A stretch of 64,000 nt of DNA, taken from Octopus vulgaris (taxonomy: Eukaryota). Shown one piece after another: positions 23,501 through 34,700 of the stretch (its first letter is position 1; every line of letters starts with the position of its first letter). The notes under the pieces are model-generated. The model did not search any database. It was not told the origin of the DNA and worked only from the letters and a program-made list of their open reading frames with translations. Location: assembly GCA_951406725.2 (NCBI GenBank), contig OX597820.1, forward strand, positions 4,464,001 through 4,528,000. The letters are read 5' to 3'. The translations under genes and the position numbers were made by a program.

Positions 23501-23830
23501 GTTCTTCTACCTCCATTTTTCCACTTGTGTCGCCACCACTTACACCTACACAGACATTCACCACTTCTCAACATGCCTGACTTCTACTCTTCTGTCTTTG
23601 AAAACATCTTTCTTCACCCTTTTCCTTCCAGTCTTTCAATATGTGACCTCATGAGTACCGCTGGCGATTTTTTTCCTCTGTCTTCCCTTCTCGGGATCTT
23701 TCCTTCTCCTATGTTTCTGACGAAGAGCTCCGCTCGAAACGTTAAACCCTCCTTCTTTCCTTCTTTCCTGAGCGTCCAATAATACTATATTTGTTCCACG
23801 TCCTCGCGTTGTTGTGTTTTTTTTGTGCTT
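23501..23830 (+). mobile_element. Penelope-like 3' end/pLTR remnant
   Basis: Pyrimidine-rich segment with a hammerhead motif, related to 24400-24580, 25870-26060 and 27750-27960. Confidence 0.6.
23713..23747 (+). ncRNA. Minimal hammerhead ribozyme
   Basis: GUUU-CUGACGA-A-GAGC(UCC)GCUC-GAAA-CG-UU-AAAC. Confidence 0.7.
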
Positions 23831-23868
23831 TCTTGTTTGGATTAACTATATATATATATGTATATATG

Positions 23869-23940
<72 letters not shown>

Positions 23941-24234
23941 TATATGTGTATATATATATACATATATATATATTTAATGTAGGATAAAATTTTTACAAAA
24001 AAAAATTTTATCAATGGCCAGCATATTAAAAAATACCTTTAAAGGTTAAATTTATAAACAACTTATAAATAAGGGCGAACGAAAAAATTTCTAATGCCAA
24101 ATATGCTGAAATTAGACATATTGTCCATAACCATTATAATTTTTTTTTCACAATATGCACACTACTCAAAAAGTATTTATAAGTTGCATATATATATATA
24201 TATATATATATACTTTATTTAAAGCAGCAGAAAA

Positions 24235-24585
24235 TTCAATTGCCCTCTGCCCTCCAATCCCATGCCCAACTACCAACAGACTGTGTCCTCCACTATTAAT
24301 GACCTCATTTCCTCCTCTCATCTTTCTCTCTCTCTCACCACCTCTAACCTCATTGCCCACACTCCATGCGTTCCCACTATTTACTTCCTTCCCCTTCGCC
24401 ATGAAGGATTGCTGAAATCTACAAGTTTTATTCTCTCTCTCTCTCTGTTTATTTTCTCTTGTTCCTTTCTGCTGAAGAGCACAGGCTCAAAATGTAAAAG
24501 ACTTTCTCACCTTCCCGAGCATCAAACTAACACACCTGCTTGTTGTTCATACACCTGTCTCCGTCTTTTGTATCTCTAAAAATTT
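24235..24585 (+). mobile_element. Internally deleted Penelope-like remnant (RT N-terminal piece joined to 3' end with decayed hammerhead at 24465-24500)
   Basis: NPMPNYQQTVSSTINDLI ... TPCVPTIYFLP resembles the segment preceding PKIHK. It then jumps to pLTR-like sequence. Confidence 0.6.
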
Positions 24586-24616
24586 CAACAAGGAGTTGCA
24601 GTGTGGTAAGAAGGTT

Positions 24617-25520
24617 CCCCCAACAGAGCACCCTGCTCCTTCATTGGAGGGAGAGAGGGAGAAAGTCGAGGAGGAGGTAACCTCCTCGAAAAAAGGAATA
24701 AAAAGAAAGAAGGTGGGCAACAATGGTTGCCCACCGATGGATCCTGAGGCGGCGGGGGAGGGAAGGAGGGATCTACGGACAAGTCAGAGAAACCTCACCC
24801 TCCCACCGTGAAAAAGGGGAAAAAAAAAAAAAACGAGGCATCACTGGTGGCGGCATGCCTTGAAACTCCTTTGGTGGGATGTGTGCCACCGGAGTGGGAG
24901 AAGAAGATAACCTCGTTGGTGGGATGTGTGCCACCAAGTGAGAGAGTTGAGGCCCCTCCCAGTGAAAGTGGTGAAGAATATATGTTCTTATACCTCTGGG
25001 GAGGGGCTATTGACAATTTCGTAGAAACGGAGATGGATAGGCGGGTTCTGATGGACCCGACTTTTATTGACAAACCAGAGTGGCCTCTGCAGGTGACTGC
25101 TCTGGTACTGGAAAAAAAAGTACTGCAATTTTATAAGTAACTCATATAAAAATGAGAAATATAGAATGCGTTTTTGGGACCCCGGATTGCAGTTGCAGGA
25201 AAGCCTACAGATTGCAAGAGAACTGCTCGGGGAAGGGTTGTAGAGGTTAGTTGCCTCAAGTTGAATATGAATTGTATATTATATTTGTATTATATTTGTA
25301 AGTCCAAATATTGTATTTTAAAAATTGTAAGAGGGTTAAGACCTCAGTTTATGTGTTTTGTAAAGAACAATGTTATAGAGAAGCAGAGGGTCGGCAGGTG
25401 GTTTCTGGCTTCTCCCATCTTTTTCATTAGTGTATCATTATCATTCATCTCATTAATGTTTGTGTCCAGCCTGGAAAGCTACATTATCTGTGTTCTGCCT
25501 TCATGGCAATGCAAGAAATA
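24617..25520 (+). mobile_element. Unclassified retroposed insert with degenerate coding region and terminal AATAAA
   Basis: Sits inside the SINE tRNA head, flanked by AAGAAGGTT / AAGTAGGTT. ORF 24808-25140. Confidence 0.5.
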
Positions 25521-25669
25521 AAGTAGGTTGCTTACCAGCCACATGGTTCTGGGTTCATTCCCACTGCATGGCACCTTGGGCAAGTGTCTTATAAAGCCGC
25601 GGGCCAACCAAAGCCTTGCGAGTGGATTTGGTAATGGAAACTGAAAGAAGCCTGTTGTATATATATTTG

Positions 25670-26062
25670 AACCGTTTGAACTTTTCCAGACTTTTTTGTA
25701 CTTTCTGCTTCTTCCTATTGTTGTTTCTCTCAATCCACACTTGTTACCTTGCCTCTCTCTCCCTCTCTTTCTTTTTCCCTTTTGTCTTCTCTTCTCTCTT
25801 TCTTTCCCTTTCTCTTTGTTTATCTCCCCTTCTTCCTAGCTCTCCTGTCTGACCACCTCTGTCCGGCATTCGCCATGATAGATCACTGGCCACTAAACCT
25901 TTTTCCTATTTTCTCTCCCTGTTTATTTCTGTGTTCCTTTCTGTTGAAGAGCTTAGGCTCGAAACGTAAAAGATTTTCTCACCATCCTGAGCGTTAAACT
26001 AATACACCTGCTTGTTGTTTACACACCTGTCTTCGTCTTTTGTTTTTTTGTAAATTCTCACT
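25670..26062 (+). mobile_element. Penelope-like 3' end remnant
   Basis: Homologous to 24396-24580 and carries a hammerhead motif. Confidence 0.6.
25937..25972 (+). ncRNA. Minimal hammerhead motif, CUGUUGA core variant
   Basis: CUUU-CUGUUGA-A-GAGC(UUAG)GCUC-GAAA-CG-UA-AAAG. Confidence 0.55.
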
Positions 26063-26069
26063 ATATATG

Positions 26070-26151
<82 letters not shown>

Positions 26152-26629
26152 TGTGTCTGTGTTTGTCCCCCCAAAATCGCTTGACAACCGATGCTGGTGT
26201 GTTTACATCCCCGTAACTTAGTAGTTCTGCAAAATAGACCAATAGGATAACTACTAGGCTTACAAAGAATAAGATCTGGGGTCGATATGCTTGACTAAAG
26301 GTAGTGCTCCAGCATGGCTGCAGTCAAATGACTGAAACAAATAAAAAAACAATAATAGAATATATACATTGTATATATCTGATGCACCCTACATACACAA
26401 ACACTTTTCAGACCCCACATGACCCCCTCTTTTTAGTGACTTTCCCCACACACTTTATTAAAAAAACATTTTATTCTATTTTATATTTGTTTATTTTCTT
26501 TTTATTTTTATTACTGATTTAGTTATATAATCTTTTTCATTTTTTATTATTTTTATTTTTTATTTTCTATTATTTTTTATTATTTGTTTTATTTTTCACT
26601 TGTATTTTTGATTAATTTTTTCACATAGT

Positions 26630-26930
26630 CAAGTGAAGTCCTTGTCGTGGCTAATGACAGTACCATCTGATTGGAACCTGTGTCGGGGGCACGTAAAAAG
26701 CACCATTCGAACATGGTCAGTGCCAGTACTGCCTGACTGGCCCTCGTGCCAGTGGCATGTAAAAAGCACCCACTACACTCTCGGAGTGGTTGGCGTTAGG
26801 AATGGCATCCAACTGTAGAAACTTTGCCAGATCAGATTGGAGCCTGGTGCAGCCTCCTGGCTTGCCAGCCCTCAGTCAAACCATCCAACCCATGCCAGCA
26901 TGGAAAACAGATGTTAAATGATGATGATGA
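26630..26930 (+). mobile_element. RTE 3' UTR end
   Basis: Same terminus, with (GAT)n. Confidence 0.85.
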
Positions 26931-27680
26931 CACACACACACACACATACACACGCCTTCATATGCATGCGCTCACTCATATACATATATGCACACACACA
27001 CACACACACACATGTACATATACCTCCCACACACACAACCCTCTACACACACAACACACATACACACACACACATGTACATACATACACTTTGACACACA
27101 CACACATACCCACACGCAAGCACGTACACACAGACATTCTTTTATCCTTTTACCTGCTTCAGCCATTTGACTGTGGCCATGCTGGAGCACCACCTTTTCT
27201 TTAATAAAATGACACCAGCACTTATTCTTTGTAAGCCTACTACTTATTTTGTCGGCCTCTTTTGCCATACCACTAATTTAAGGGGACATAAACACACCAA
27301 CAGCGGTTGTCAAGTGATGGTGGGGGGCACAAACACAGGCACACAAACATATACACACACACACACACACACATATATATACATAAATACATATATATAT
27401 AAATACATGTATATATAAATACATGTATATATAAATACATGTATATATATACATGTGCATACACATATACATGTGCATACACACACACACACACATGTGC
27501 ATGCACCACCACACACACATGCAGTTACTGCCACACACACGCACTCAATTACTGCCACACACACACATGCTACCATATATACACACACATACACATGCAC
27601 GCACCACCACACACACACATGCAGTTACTGCTACACACACACACTCAATTACTGCCACACACACACACACACACACATAG
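26931..27680. repeat. CA/TA low-complexity region containing a SINE A 3' half (27137-27350, minus) and a duplicated ~100-bp CA-rich unit
   Basis: Directly visible. CATGCAGTTACTG...CTCAATTACTGCC occurs twice. Confidence 0.8.
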
Positions 27681-27689
27681 TGATCATCT

Positions 27690-27960
27690 TCACACTCTCC
27701 CATCCCAGGAACCATTTTTTTTTTCTCCTTCTACTTCTGGTCCCTACAGAAATGTAATCACACGTGGACTGTGGGCGATTTTTTCCTCACTTTCCCTTCT
27801 TTTCCTTTGGACTTTCCTGTTTCCGATGAAGAGTTATGCTCGAAATATTAACACCAGCTCTCTCCCTTCACTGAGCATCAAATTAACATATTTCTTGTGC
27901 ATGTCCTCATTTTTGTTTTTCTTTCTTTTTACTCTGTTTTTTAATTGTCTGTTTATTTGA
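27690..27960 (+). mobile_element. Old Penelope-like 3' end with decayed hammerhead (27818-27853)
   Basis: TGTTT-CCGATGA-AGAGT(TAT)GCTC-GAAA-TA-TT-AACA, similar to 23660-23830. Confidence 0.5.
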
Positions 27961-27970
27961 ATTGATTATA

Positions 27971-28794
27971 CAGAGGGTGCGGACAGTATTTGAGGACCCA
28001 TGCAGTTTTAGTCATTACTAGCAATATCGCCCGGCGTTGCTCGGGTCTGTAAGGGAAATAACTATATAAGCATTTTTAGAGTTATAGCCAAAAAATAGCA
28101 AAAAAATGCATTAAAAATGGAATAAAAATGATGGTAAATTTTTTTTTAAATCGTTGACTCATCGTAGACATTTTTAGAGAGTTACTTCCCTTATATAATA
28201 GCGAAAAAATGCATTAAAATGGAAAAAAATGATGGTAAATTATTTTAAAAATCGTAGACTCATCGTAGACGTGCGCTAATACCCAGAAGGGCTCGATATG
28301 AATCACGACTATAAGATACCCGGTTTTGGTTAAACTGCACCGCAAAATGTGGGAGTAGTTAGGAATCTAAATCGTAGGAGACAGACACACAACTTCACTT
28401 TTATATATAAAGATTTTATTTGACTAATTTTTATTGAACTTCTATTTCAGAACATTACAATGACAGGCCCTATGCTTAGTAATGAAATGAAAAGCCATGC
28501 TGTGATTGTGGCTGATTTAGAAATTTCTGCAAGATCTTTTGTCCACAAGATTTGGTGTGAGTCAGAGAAAGATGATCGAAGTATATCACCTGTATCAAAA
28601 TGTAAAAAACATTCCAAACACTCTGATTCTATCAAGACACATGAATTTATTCAGGAAGTTAAGCAAAACATTGAAGATAATCCAAGAAAATCAATGAAGG
28701 TCAATTGCAAAAAAAATTGTATGTCAGAAAAAACAATCAGAAATGTTGTACATGAAGACATCAGACACAAGTGATACGGGATGAGGAGAGGTCA
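27971..28794 (+). mobile_element. 5' half of a Tc1/mariner-superfamily (maT-like) transposon: putative left TIR plus degenerate transposase N-terminus
   Basis: TA|CAGAGGGTGCGG start. ORF 28460-28774 has KTHEFIQEVKQNIEDNPRKSM ... MSEKTIRNVVHEDIRHK (second HTH) and continues in frame as *YGMRRG. Confidence 0.75.
28018..28413 (-). mobile_element. Non-autonomous Helitron, copy 3, nested in the transposon 5' UTR
   Basis: Reverse complement of 21737-22146, with A|TC...CTAG|T. Confidence 0.88.
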
Positions 28795-31700
28795 TACGGG
28801 ATGAGGAGAGGTCATACGGGATGAGGAGAGATCATACGGGATGAGGAGAGATCATACGGGATGAGGAGAGATCATACGGGATGAGGAGAGGTTATACGGG
28901 ATGAGGAGAGGTCATACGGGATGAGGAGAGGTCATACGGGATGAGGAGAGTCATACGGGATGAGGAGAGGTCATACGGGATGAGGAGAGTCATACGGGAT
29001 GAGGAGAGGTCATACGGGATGAGGAGAGGTCATACGGGATGAGGAGAGGTCATACGGGATGAGGAGAGGTCATACGGGATGAGGAGAGGTCATACGGGAT
29101 GAGGAGAGATCATAGGGGATGAGGAGAGGTCATACGGGATGAGGAGAGGTCATACGGGATGAGGAGAGGTCATACGGGATGAGGAGAGGTCATACGGGAT
29201 GAGGAGAGGTCATACGGGATGAGGAGAGTCATACGGGATGAGGAGAGGTCATACGGGATGAGGAGAGGTCATACGGGATGAGGAGAGGTCATACGGGATG
29301 AGGAGAGGTCATACGGGATGAGGAGAGGTCATACGGGATGAGGAGAGGTCACACGGGATGAGGAGAGGTCATAGGGATGAGGAGAGGTCATACGGGATGG
29401 GGAGAGGTCATACGGGATGGGGAGAGGTCATAGGGATGAGGAGAGGTCATACGGGATGAGGAGAGGTCATACGGGATGAGGAGAGTCAGACGGGATGAGG
29501 AGAGGTCAAACAGGATGAGGAGAGGTCATACGGGATGAGGAGAGGTCATACGGGATGAGGAGAGGTCATACGGGATGAGGAGAGGTCATACGGGATGATG
29601 AGAGGTCATACGGGATGAGGAGAGGTCATACGGGATGAGGAGAGGTCATATGGGATGAGGAGAGGTCATACGGGATGAGGAGAGGTCATACGGGATGAGG
29701 AGAGGTCATACGGGATGAGGAGAGGTCATACGGGATGGCGATAGGTCATACGGGATGGGGAGAGGTCATACGGGATGAGGAGAGGTCATACGGGTTGAGG
29801 AGAGGTCATACGGGATGAGGAGAGGTCACACGGGATGAGGAGAGGTCACACGGGATGAGGAGAGGTCACACGGGATGAGGAGAGGTCATACGGGATAAGG
29901 AGAGGTCATACGGGATGAGGAGAAGTCATACGGGAAGAGGAGAGTCACACGGAATGAGGAGAGGTCATACGGGATGAGGAGAGGTCATACGGGATGAGGA
30001 GAGGTCATACGGGATGAGGAGAGGTCATACGGGATGAGGAGAGGTCATACGGGATGAGGAGAGGTCCAACGGGATGAGGAGAGGTCAAACGGGATCAGGA
30101 GAGGTCATACGGGATGAGGAGAGGTCATACGGGATGAGGAGAGGACAAACGGGTTGAGGAGAGGTCATACGGGATGAGGAGAGGTCATACGGGATGAGGA
30201 GAGGTCATACGGGATGAGGAGAGGTCATACGGGATGAGGAGAGGTCATACGGGATGAGGAGGGGTCATACGGGATGAGGAGAGGTCATACGGGATGAGGA
30301 GAGGTCATACGGGAAGAGGAGAGGTCACACGGGATGAGGAGAGGTCATACGGGATGAGGAGAGGTCATACGGGATGAGGAGAGGTCATACGGGATGAGGA
30401 GAGGTCATACAGGATGAGGAGAGGTCATACGGGATGAGGAGAGGTCATACGGGATGAGGAGAGGTCATACGGGATGAGGAGAGGTCATACGGGACGAGGA
30501 GAGTCATACGGGATGAGGAGAGGTCATACGGGATGAGGAGAGGTCATACGGGATGAGGAGAGGTCATACGGGATGAGGAGAGTCATACGGGATGAGGAGA
30601 GGTCATACGGGATGAGGAGAGGTCATACGGGATGAGGAGAGGTCATACGGGATGAGGAGAGGTCAAACGGGATGAGGAGAGGTCATACGGGATGAGGAGA
30701 GGTCATACGGGATGAGGAGAGGTCAAACGGGATGAGGAGAGGTCATACGGGATGAGGAGAGGTCATACGGGATGAGGAGAGGTCAAACGGGATGAGGAGA
30801 GGTCATACGGGATGAGGAGAGGTCATACGGGATGAGGAGAGGTCATAGGGGATGAGGAGAGGTCATACGGGATGAGGAGAGGTCACACGGGATGAGGAGA
30901 GGTCAAACGGGATGAGGAGAGGTCATACGGGATGAGGAGAGGTCATACGGGATGAGGAGAGGTCATACGGGATGAGGAGAGGTCATACGGGATGAGGAGA
31001 GGTCATACGGGATGAGGAGAGGTCATACGGCATGTGGAGAGTCAAACGGGATGAGGAGAGATCATACGGGATGAGGAGAGGTCATACGGGATGAGGAGAG
31101 GTCATACGGGATGAGGAGAGGTCATACGGGATGAGGAGAGGTCATACGGGATGAGGAGAGGTCATACGGGATGAGGAGAGGTCATACGGGATGAGGAAAG
31201 GTCATACGGGATGAGGAGAGGTCATACGGGATGAGGAGAGGTCATACGGGATGAGGAGAGGTCATACGGGATGAGGAGAGGTCATACGGGATGAGGAGAG
31301 GTCATACGGAATGAGGAGAGGTCATACGGGATGAGGAGAGTCATACGGGATGAGGAGAGGTCATACGGGATGAGGAGAGGTCATACGGGATGAGGAGAGG
31401 TCATACGGGATGAGGAGAGGTCAAACGGGATGAGGAGAGGTCATACGGGATGAGGAGAGGTCATACGGGATGAGGAGAGGTCAAACGGGATGAGGAGAGG
31501 TCATACGGGATGAGGAGAGGTCATACGGGATGAGGAGAGGTCATACGGGATGAGGAGAGGTCATACGGGATGAGGAGAGGTCATAAGGGATGAGGAGAGG
31601 TCATACGGGATGAGGAGAGGTCATACGGATGAGGAGAGGTCACACGGGATGAGGAGAGGTCAAACGGGATGAGGAGAGGTCATACGGGATGAGGAGAGGT

Positions 31701-34700
31701 CATACGGGATGAGGAGAGGTCATACGGGATGAGGAGAGGTCATACGGGATGAGGAGAGGTTATACGGGACGAGGAGAGGTCATACGGGATGAGGAGAGGT
31801 CATACGGGATGTGGAGAGTGAAACGGGATGAGGAGAGATCATACGGGATGAGGAGAGGTCATACGGGATGAGGAGAGATCATACGGGATGAGGGGAGATC
31901 ATACGGGATGAGGAGAGTCATACGGGATGAGGAGAGGTCATACGGGATGGGGAGAGGTCATAGGAGATGGGGAGAGGTCATACGGGATGAGGAGAGGTCA
32001 AACGGCATGAGGAGAGGTCATAGGGGATGAGGAGAGATCATACGGGATGAGGAGAGGTCATTCGGGATGAGGAGAGTCATACGGGATGAGGAGAGGTCAT
32101 ACGGGATGAGGAGAGGTCATACGGGATGAGGAGAGTCATACGGGATGAGGAGAGGTCAAACGGCATGAGGAGAGGTCATACGGGATGAGGAGAGATCATA
32201 CGGGATGAGGAGAGTCATACGGGATGAGGAGAGGTCATACGGGATGAGGAGAGGTCATACGGGATGAGGAGAGGTCATACGGGATGAGGAGAGGTCATAC
32301 GGGATGAGGAGAGGTCATACGGGATGAGGAGAGGTCATACGGGATGAGGAGAGGTCATACGGGATGAGGAGAGGTCATACGGGATGGGGAGAGGTCATAC
32401 GGGATGGGGAGAGGTCATAGGAGATGGGGAGAGGTCATACGGGATGAGGAGAGGTCAAACGGCATGAGGAGAGGTCATACGGGATGAGGAGAGGTCATAC
32501 GGGATGAGGAGAGTCATACGGGATGAGGAGAGGTCATACGGGATGAGGAGAGGTCATTCGGGATGAGGAGAGTCATACGGGATGAGGAGAGGTCATACGG
32601 GATGAGGAGAGGTCATACGGGATGAGGAGAGGTCATACGGGATGAGGAGAGGTCAAACGGGATGAGGAGAGGTCATACGGGATGAGGAGAGGTCATACGG
32701 GATGAGGAGAGGTCAAACGGGATGAGGAGAGGTCATACGGGATGAGGAGAGGTCAAACGGGATGAGGAGAGGTCAAACGGGATGAGGAGAGGTCATACGG
32801 GATGAGGAGAGGTCAAACGGGATGAGGAGAGGTCATACGGGATGAGGAGAGGTCATACGGGATGAGGAGAGGTCAAACGGAATGAGGAGAGGTCATACGG
32901 GATGAGGAGAGGTCATACGGGATGAGGAGAGGTCATACGGCATGAGGAGAGGTCAAACGGCATGAGGAGAGGTCAAACGGGATGAGGAGAGGTCATACGG
33001 GATGAGGAGAGGTCATACGGGATGAGGAGAGATCATACGGGATGAGGAGAGATCATACGGGATGAGGAGAGTCATACGGGATGAGGAGAGGTCATACGGG
33101 ATGAGGAGAGGTCATACGGGATGAGGAGAGGTCATACGGGATGAGGAGAGTCATACAGGAGGAGGAGAGGTCATACGGGATGAGGAGAGGTCATACGGGA
33201 TGAGGAGAGGTCATACGGGATGAGGAGAGGTCATACGGGATGAGAAGAGGTCAAACGGGATGAGGAGAGGTCATACGGGATGAGGAGAGGTCATACGGGA
33301 TGAGGAGAGGTCATACGGGATGAGGAGAGGTCAAACGGGATGAGGAGAGGTCATACGGGATGAGGAGAGGTCATACGGGATGAGGAGAGGTCATACGGGC
33401 ATGAGGAGAGGTCAAACGGCATGAGGAGAGGTCAAACGGGATGAGGAGAGGTCATACGGGATGAGGAGAGGTCATACGGGATGAGGAGAGATCATACGGG
33501 ATGAGGAGAGATCATACGGGATGAGGAGAGTCATACGGGATGAGGAGAGGTCATACGGGATGAGGAGAGTCATACGGGATGAGGAGAGGTCATACGGGAT
33601 GAGGAGAGGTCATACGGGATGAGGAGAGTCATACGGGATGAGGAGAGGTCATACGGGATGAGGAGAGGTCATACGGGATGAGGAGAGGTCATACGGGATG
33701 AGGAGAGGTCATACGGGATGAGGAGAGGTCATACGGGATGAGGAGAGGTCAAACGGGATGAGGAGAGGTCATACAGGATGAGGAGAGGTCATACGGGATG
33801 AGGAGAGGTCATACGGGATGAGGAGAGGTCATACGGGATGAGGAGAGGTCATACGGGATGAGGAGAGGTCACACGGGATGAGGAGAGGTCACACGGGATG
33901 AGGAGAGGTCACACGGGATGAGGAGAGGTCAAACGGGATGAGGAGAGGTCATACGGGATGAGGAGAGGTCATACGGGATTAGGAAAGGTCATACGGGATG
34001 AGGAGAGGTCATACGGGATGAGGAGAGGTCATTCGGGATGAGGAGAGTCATACGGGATGAGGAGAGGTCATACGGGATGAGGAGAGGTCATACGGGATGA
34101 GGAGAGTCATACGGGATGAGGAGAGGTCATACGGGATGAGGAGAGGTCATACGGGATGAGGAGAGGTCATACGGGATGAGGAGAGGTCAAACGGGATGAG
34201 GAGAGGTCATACGGGATGAGGAGAGGTCATACGGGATGAGGAGAGGTCAAACGGGATGAGGAGAGGTCATACGGGATGAGGAGAGGTCAAACGGGATGAG
34301 GAGAGGTCATACGGGATGAGGAGAGGTCATACGGGATGAGGAGAGGTCATACGGGATGAGGAGAGGTCATACGGGATGAGGAGAAGTCATACGGGATTAG
34401 GAGAGGTCATACGGGATGAGGAGAGGTCATACGGGATAAGGAGAGGTCATACGGGATGAGGAGAGGTCATACGGGATGAGGAGAGGTCATACGGGATGAG
34501 GAGAGGTCATACGGGATGAGGAGAGGTCATACGGGATGAGGAGAGGTCATACGGGATGAGGAGAGGTCATACGGGATGAGGAGAGGTTATACGGGATGAG
34601 GAGAGGTCAAACGGGATGAGGAGAGGTCATACGGGATGAGGAGAGGTCATACGGGATGAGGAGAGGTCAAACGGGATGAGGAGAGTCATACGGGATGAGG

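Larger units (their letters stand above)
24591..26360 (+). mobile_element. SINE family A split into three pieces (24591-24616, 25521-25665, 26100-26360) by two insertions
   Basis: The pieces are collinear with the intact copy at 10332-10715. Confidence 0.75.
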
